From a virus (lineage: Duplodnaviria; Heunggongvirae; Uroviricota; Caudoviricetes): 41,597 nt of DNA. Numbering within the stretch: the first letter of the stretch is position 1; each line of letters begins with the position of its first letter. Positions 36,965 to 41,597 of the stretch are shown in pieces. A model generated the notes under the pieces. The model ran no database searches. It was not told the origin of the DNA and saw only the letters and a list, made by a program, of their open reading frames with translations. The position numbers and the translations under genes are program-made. The DNA is taken from positions 1 to 41,597 of IMG/VR virus record IMGVR_UViG_2703718828_000001; one strand, written 5' to 3'.

Positions 36965-37291
36965 TGCCGGAGGAACACGCGGGTAGTGAGTGGCGATCAT
37001 ATCTTGCTTCACGCCCTTTGCTAACTCAAAACGATAAACAACATCAAACTTATTCGTTTTTTTATAGCAAATATTGCTCAAGCGCTTATTGATATGGCGG
37101 CTGAATATTCCGTTGCTACTGTCGGAAATAACTTCGACATCCCTGGTGGCACAGTCAATATTTACGTGAATATCCCCAGCCAAAGATAAGCGAGCGGCAT
37201 CAACCGGGTAATCCATCTGGAATGCGTTTTCTGTGTGCTTATTCGTACATCCAGTCACGAGCAAAATCGCTGCAACAAATAAAAGTTTCAT
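36929..37291 (-). CDS. Lipoprotein, possible Cor-like superinfection exclusion factor (by position only)
   Basis: MKLLFVAAILLVTGCT lipobox signal; minus strand between J-region genes and the side tail fibre. Confidence 0.5.
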   Translation of the reverse strand: MKLLFVAAILLVTGCTNKHTENAFQMDYPVDAARLSLAGDIHVNIDCATRDVEVISDSSNGIFSRHINKRLSNICYKKTNKFDVVYRFELAKGVKQDMIATHYPRVPPASNPNKPGDRNS

Positions 37292-37354
37292 CTCAACATT
37301 CCTGTTTATGCGGGAACTTCCATTTTATTAGAGTTTAAAAAATAGTCAGATTGA

Positions 37355-37400
37355 TATGAGCGATCAATTTTTTTTACATTATTGATCGCTTTAAACGATC
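37355..37400. promoter_or_regulatory. Palindromes with three GATC sites in the divergent intergenic region
   Basis: agcgatcaat ... attgatcgct inverted repeat and aacgatcgtt palindrome; GATC at 37362, 37384, 37397. Confidence 0.4.
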
Positions 37401-37421
37401 GTTATTATCGTGAGGTAGTTC

Positions 37422-38597
37422 ATGCTTTATACCATCGGCACAATATCTGTTAACGGAAATACCGCCACCGGCACCGGTACAAACTGGACGGCACCTGCCA
37501 GCCAGATTCGTCTCGGCCAGACCCTGGTGGTACTTTCTAATCCCGTTCAGCTGTTCCAGATTACCGCCATTAACAGTGCAACCTCGTTAACAGTAACGCC
37601 TGCAGCGTCACCCGCGGTGAGCGGTCAGAAGTACGGCATTCTGGTGACAGATGCCTTGTCAGTCGATGGCCTGGCACAGAGCATTTCGCAGCTCATTAAC
37701 GAGTACGACGAGAATATTGGCGGCTGGGAAACGTTCGCCACTACCTCAGCAAACCAGAACATTACGGTCACCATCAACGGTAAAGCAGTCACCATTCCCG
37801 CTATTGGTAAGTTGCTCCAAAAGGGAGGCAATGGCGCTCTTGCGGTTGCTGACGGAGGAACTGGAGCAAAGACCGCGGCAGATGCAAGGGTGTCCTTTGG
37901 ATGGGTTAATGACATGCTTCCTGTTGCACTTGGGGGGACCGGATCTGCGGATGCCTCTGGGGCTCGAACTAATCTCGGTCTTGGCGAGAGCAGTAACCTA
38001 AAATTTGCGGGGATGACTATTGAAAGTAATAGCTATACCTCTATCGTTGTCAGAAATACATCGCGTCAGTCTGACGATGTGGGATCTCAGGTAAGCTTGG
38101 AGGTTTCCCCATCAGCAGGCGGCAGACCATATTTTACGCAACGCAGTAATTCAGGTTCTAATACTGGCCAGGCTGTGAATAATTTACCAACCTCATCAGG
38201 CGTGCTCGCCATACAGGGGACCTCGGGGCTAATGTACAAACGCGATATATCTCCGGCACCGTTAAGCGATGCCGTAGAACGAATTGCTGCTCTTGAGATG
38301 GTAAATTTCACCTATAAAGATGATGAACAAAACAGGGTAAGGTTTGGGATTATTGCGGAGCAGGCAGAGGCCGTGGCACCTCAGTATATCAAGCACAATC
38401 TGGAGCCAGATCCTGATGTCATTTATAAAGCAAACGAACTTGATGATGAAGGACGCCCACTAAATCCTGTAATGCGCGACAGGCCTTCAATCGACAACAA
38501 CCCAATCGTTATGGATTTACTGGGAGCGGTTCAGTTTTTGCACCAGCAGGTTCTTGAGCTGAAAAGCAAACATGAGGCTGGGGATGTTCAGCAGTAA
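37422..38597 (+). CDS. Side tail fibre with C-terminal intramolecular chaperone (peptidase S74-like)
   Basis: C-terminal RFGIIAEQAEAVAPQYIK motif typical of self-cleaving chaperone domains; Gly/Thr-rich N-terminal region. Confidence 0.7.
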   Translation: MLYTIGTISVNGNTATGTGTNWTAPASQIRLGQTLVVLSNPVQLFQITAINSATSLTVTPAASPAVSGQKYGILVTDALSVDGLAQSISQLINEYDENIGGWETFATTSANQNITVTINGKAVTIPAIGKLLQKGGNGALAVADGGTGAKTAADARVSFGWVNDMLPVALGGTGSADASGARTNLGLGESSNLKFAGMTIESNSYTSIVVRNTSRQSDDVGSQVSLEVSPSAGGRPYFTQRSNSGSNTGQAVNNLPTSSGVLAIQGTSGLMYKRDISPAPLSDAVERIAALEMVNFTYKDDEQNRVRFGIIAEQAEAVAPQYIKHNLEPDPDVIYKANELDDEGRPLNPVMRDRPSIDNNPIVMDLLGAVQFLHQQVLELKSKHEAGDVQQ

Positions 38598-38641
38598 TGA
38601 TTAATAGGCGGTCCAGCATTGATCTGCCCTCACTTTAAAAC

Positions 38642-38661
38642 TACTGTATATAAAAACAGTA
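38642..38661. promoter_or_regulatory. Near-consensus LexA (SOS) box
   Basis: TACTGTATATAAAAACAGTA matches TACTGTATATATATACAGTA at 18 of 20 positions; ~18 bp upstream of the ATG at 38679. Confidence 0.7.
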
Positions 38662-38678
38662 TAAATGGAGTGTGGATC

Positions 38679-38918
38679 ATGCCCCGCAAATCAGACCTTC
38701 GCGCCGCTTTCGTTGCCGCCGTGCACAAAAACCCGAAAGGGTATCAGTGCCTGCGCACCGCTGACTTTATCAGGGAGCTACGCGCCAGAAACTGGCATTT
38801 CACAGAAACTGACGCCAATGAATGGATAGAACGATACCAGGCTGGCTTTGTAGATAAAACACCCGACGACAGCCAGAACCGGCTCTGGATAATGCGCAAT
38901 ATGGGGTACATACGATAG
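38679..38918 (+). CDS. Hypothetical small protein, first gene of the putative SOS-regulated pair
   Basis: 80 aa from ATG at 38679 with GGAGTG RBS. Confidence 0.5.
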   Translation: MPRKSDLRAAFVAAVHKNPKGYQCLRTADFIRELRARNWHFTETDANEWIERYQAGFVDKTPDDSQNRLWIMRNMGYIR

Positions 38919-39235
38919 TGGGCTTCGTCTCGCCGGCGGGCGACTATATCGAGCGCAGGTTAAATCCCGAGGATATGCTCACGACAGATCAGAGCCGTAT
39001 CGTCGAAACGGCTACCGGCTATGCCGTGATTGAGCCGGTGACAAAACTTTCGCAGGGGCAGGTGCTGCTAATTCTGTGTGGTGGGTATACCCAGTTTGCG
39101 AAACTACAGGGCCGATCGTTAATCACTGATGATGGCGAAGCGTTAGAAGGTGAGGCCATGGAAGAGGCAGAAGTAATGGGCAGGGTGACGTATTTCATCA
39201 ATCGCACTATACGGGGTGATGACTGTCCGGTTTAA
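38918..39235 (+). CDS. UmuD'-like protein, apparently pre-cleaved and lacking the catalytic Ser
   Basis: Starts at GTG with GFVSPAGDYIERRL, matching the UmuD segment just after its Cys24-Gly25 cleavage site (GFPSPAADYVEQRI); SGDSM position replaced. Confidence 0.5.
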   Translation: MGFVSPAGDYIERRLNPEDMLTTDQSRIVETATGYAVIEPVTKLSQGQVLLILCGGYTQFAKLQGRSLITDDGEALEGEAMEEAEVMGRVTYFINRTIRGDDCPV

Positions 39236-39370
39236 CTGTAAGTTCGCCCAGAATTCTTTCGCCATTGAGATTTTTAACCAACAGTAACTTACTGATCTTG
39301 CATTAGTTCAATACGCAAAACAATGGCGAAAAAATCATGTAAGTTTATGATTAATCTGAATAACACGCAT

Positions 39371-39427
39371 GATTTAAAATCCCTCGGCGTTCGCGCTGTG
39401 CGGGTTCAAGTCCCGCTCCGGGTACCA
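39371..39427 (+). other. 3' fragment of tRNA-Leu(UAA): prophage attR core
   Basis: GATTTAAAATCCCTCGGCGTTCGCGCTGTGCGGGTTCAAGTCCCGCTCCGGGTACCA equals the leuZ-type tRNA from anticodon loop to CCA; upstream sequence is not tRNA. Confidence 0.75.
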
Positions 39428-39469
39428 TGGGAAACATCAGAATAATCAAAGCAATAAGCAGTGTCGTGA

Positions 39470-39492
39470 AACCACCTTCGGGTGGTTTTTTT
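39470..39492 (+). terminator. Rho-independent terminator (likely the original tRNA terminator)
   Basis: aaccacc-ttcg-ggtggtt followed by T-tract. Confidence 0.6.
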
Positions 39493-39667
39493 GTGCATGC
39501 AATTCACGCCCTGTGCATATCCTGTGCTCACGGGGTGCAATGAGCTGCAATCTACAGCCTGGCAATGCCGAATTGAACGTGTCGCCTCCAGCATAGAGAA
39601 CCAGGTTGCTTTGCCTGTTTTCCGGTACTCTTCCGGGAAGGGGCCCTGCTGAGCAAGCTGTAATGCT

Positions 39668-40408
39668 CTAGCCACCCTGAGTACAAAGTTGCTTAATTCG
39701 TGCAATCACCTCATCTCTGTACTTCTGGTGTCCGCGCATAGCCCTTGGATGGGCAATTCTGAAACAGATTGCATTACCTGTTTTGAACTCCCACAGCTTC
39801 TCCGGAATGACTGAAGAAGTCTCATAGCCGCCCAGCTCAGTAAGCACCTGTTTTATGATGTAGTCTGTTCTCCGGGCTCCGGATGCAAAGATGATGAAAT
39901 CAGGCTCAAGGTGTTTAATTTGTACCGCCAGCAGCTTCAGCGAGGCTAATATGACTTCCTGCACTTCATTTTGAGGGCGATTGAGAGGGGTCAGTCCGTC
40001 GTAATCCCACGCCAGTAGATTGGCATACACGATTGCCTGGGGAAGAATATTAAGCTCCCGGGCCAGCCTGAAATGATATTGCGTGAAGCGGCTACGTGAT
40101 TTGAGGTTGGTGGTGCCATAATTTTGTACCGGAAGATGTTTCCTGTAACGATCTACAGCTTCTTCAACCACCTGCCCGATGGTGACGTCAGGTATAAGTC
40201 CCAACACCCGTGATATCGTATTCTTACCATTCAGCGTATTCCAGCCAGCGGTTTCACGTCCAACCAGCATGATTTTTACCGGTGAGTGCCAGTATTCTTC
40301 AAAGGGTACGGGTAAAAATACGCCTGAGTATTTATCCTCATTCAGGTTAAATGACTGGGCGTTAACTTCCTGCAATATCCGTTTGTACGCGTCTAATAGC
40401 TTTTCCAT
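39668..40408 (-). CDS. Hypothetical protein at the island junction; uracil-DNA-glycosylase-like motifs (tentative)
   Basis: 246 aa; KIMLVGRETAGW resembles UDG motif A and a C-terminal HPRA resembles motif B. Confidence 0.4.
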   Translation of the reverse strand: MEKLLDAYKRILQEVNAQSFNLNEDKYSGVFLPVPFEEYWHSPVKIMLVGRETAGWNTLNGKNTISRVLGLIPDVTIGQVVEEAVDRYRKHLPVQNYGTTNLKSRSRFTQYHFRLARELNILPQAIVYANLLAWDYDGLTPLNRPQNEVQEVILASLKLLAVQIKHLEPDFIIFASGARRTDYIIKQVLTELGGYETSSVIPEKLWEFKTGNAICFRIAHPRAMRGHQKYRDEVIARIKQLCTQGG

Positions 40409-40489
40409 TCTTCAATCCTGCCCCGTAATAAAAACACCTTCAGATATATATTATTTTCATGATATCAATCAGATACATGAGGATAAATA

Positions 40490-41597
40490 TGCAAAAATCC
40501 TTCCGATTCACCAATTCATCCATCAAAGCCCTTCCGGCAAACACAGATACCAGATCTACAGAGCTAGAGGTATCTGATACCGAAGTTATTGGCCTCAAAT
40601 GTCTCTCAGGTCGAACGGGTAACAAACGTTTCCTCCTGCGCTACACATTCCACGGTACCAAAAAAAGTATCAGTATTGGCAGATTCCCTGAAATTGATGT
40701 GGGGACAGCTCGCCAGATAGCTCGCCGTCATAAGGAGGCGATTGCACTTGGAAATGACCCCAAGGCAGAGCGCGATAATTATCGTGCGATGCCAACGCTT
40801 AGTGAGTTTTTTCACCAGACCTATGTTCCGTTCATCAAGCGCCATAAAAAGTCCTGGGATAAGGATGTTCAGCGTTTCACGCAATACATTGAACCTCGTC
40901 TGGGAAAGATACGTTACTGCGATCTCAGGGCCAGAGAGATACAACAGGTGCTGTTTGACATGCTGGAGGGGCGTATTCACGGGCAGCAATATGCGCCGTC
41001 TACCTGTAACAGAGCCCTTGCTATTCTGAAAACGATGGGGCGTTATGCGTTGCGACAGGATGTGCTGGAAAAGAATGAAGCCGATAAGATCCCTTTACTG
41101 AAAGAGAATAATCAGCGGACGCGCTTTTTTGATGCTGATGAGATCAGGCGCATTCTTGACGCTGCTACCCAATATCCCAACAAAGCTGCCGGGGGATTGA
41201 TAGCCATGTTGTTGTTAACCGGTACACGCAAATCAGAAATGCTTAATGTCAGGCATGAACATATCGACCGGGCCAATCGTACTCTGTTTATTCCTTATAC
41301 AAAAAATGGTCGCAGTCGGACGGTATATCTAAGCGATGCCGCATTATCGATTATTGATGCTATCCCACGAGTTGGCAGTAATCCGTATCTGTTCGCCATT
41401 AAGGATAATGGAAAACCGATATCGGAACCCCGATGGGCATATGAAAAAATACTGGCACAGTGCGGTATAGACAAGAATGAAGTCTGTTTTCACACCACAC
41501 GTCATTCTGTTGCCTCTTTACTGGTTTCGAGTGGTCAATTCAGCCTGTATGACGTTAAAGCCCAACTGGCGCATGCCAGGGAAGGTGCGAATAAGCA
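40490..41597 (+). CDS. P4-type tyrosine integrase, N-terminal ~369 codons (gene runs off the window)
   Basis: Manual translation from ATG at 40490 (GAGGA RBS): MQKSFRFTNSSIKALP...LLLTGTRKSEMLNVRHEHID...FHTTRHSVASLL with R/H-x-x-R catalytic signatures; not in the supplied ORF track because no stop lies within the window. Confidence 0.7.

Overview
The window is almost entirely one lambdoid prophage of an enterobacterial-type host (HK97-type packaging and head genes, lambda-type tail genes). It enters the window inside the integrase gene (1-500, minus strand) and ends at a 57-bp tRNA-Leu 3' fragment that I read as attR (39371-39427). The last ~2 kb hold a junction gene and the start of a second, P4-type integrase, suggesting a tandem island at the same tRNA. 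Gene order left to right: int, xis-like and a leftward early operon with two ParB-like genes and a tRNA-Arg(UCU); pL/OL; cI-like repressor; OR; cro; cII-like; O-like replication gene with internal iterons; MT-A70-like methyltransferase; LexA-DNA-binding-domain-only protein; rusA; Rha antirepressor; DUF968; Q antiterminator; an AT-rich orphan gene; late terminator; lysis cassette; HNH; TerS; TerL; portal; protease; capsid; connectors; tail genes with a G-T frameshift; tape measure; M, L, K, I, J; side tail fibre; an SOS-box-preceded umuD'-like pair. The most interesting loci are cargo (moron) insertions of unknown function: the AT-rich 258-aa gene between Q and the lysis genes, a lipoprotein between K and I, a convergent overlapping small-gene pair between I and J, and the SOS-linked modules. 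No CRISPR array or rRNA was seen. All protein identifications rest on motifs I recognise by eye in the supplied translations; no database search was run, so family names are hypotheses.
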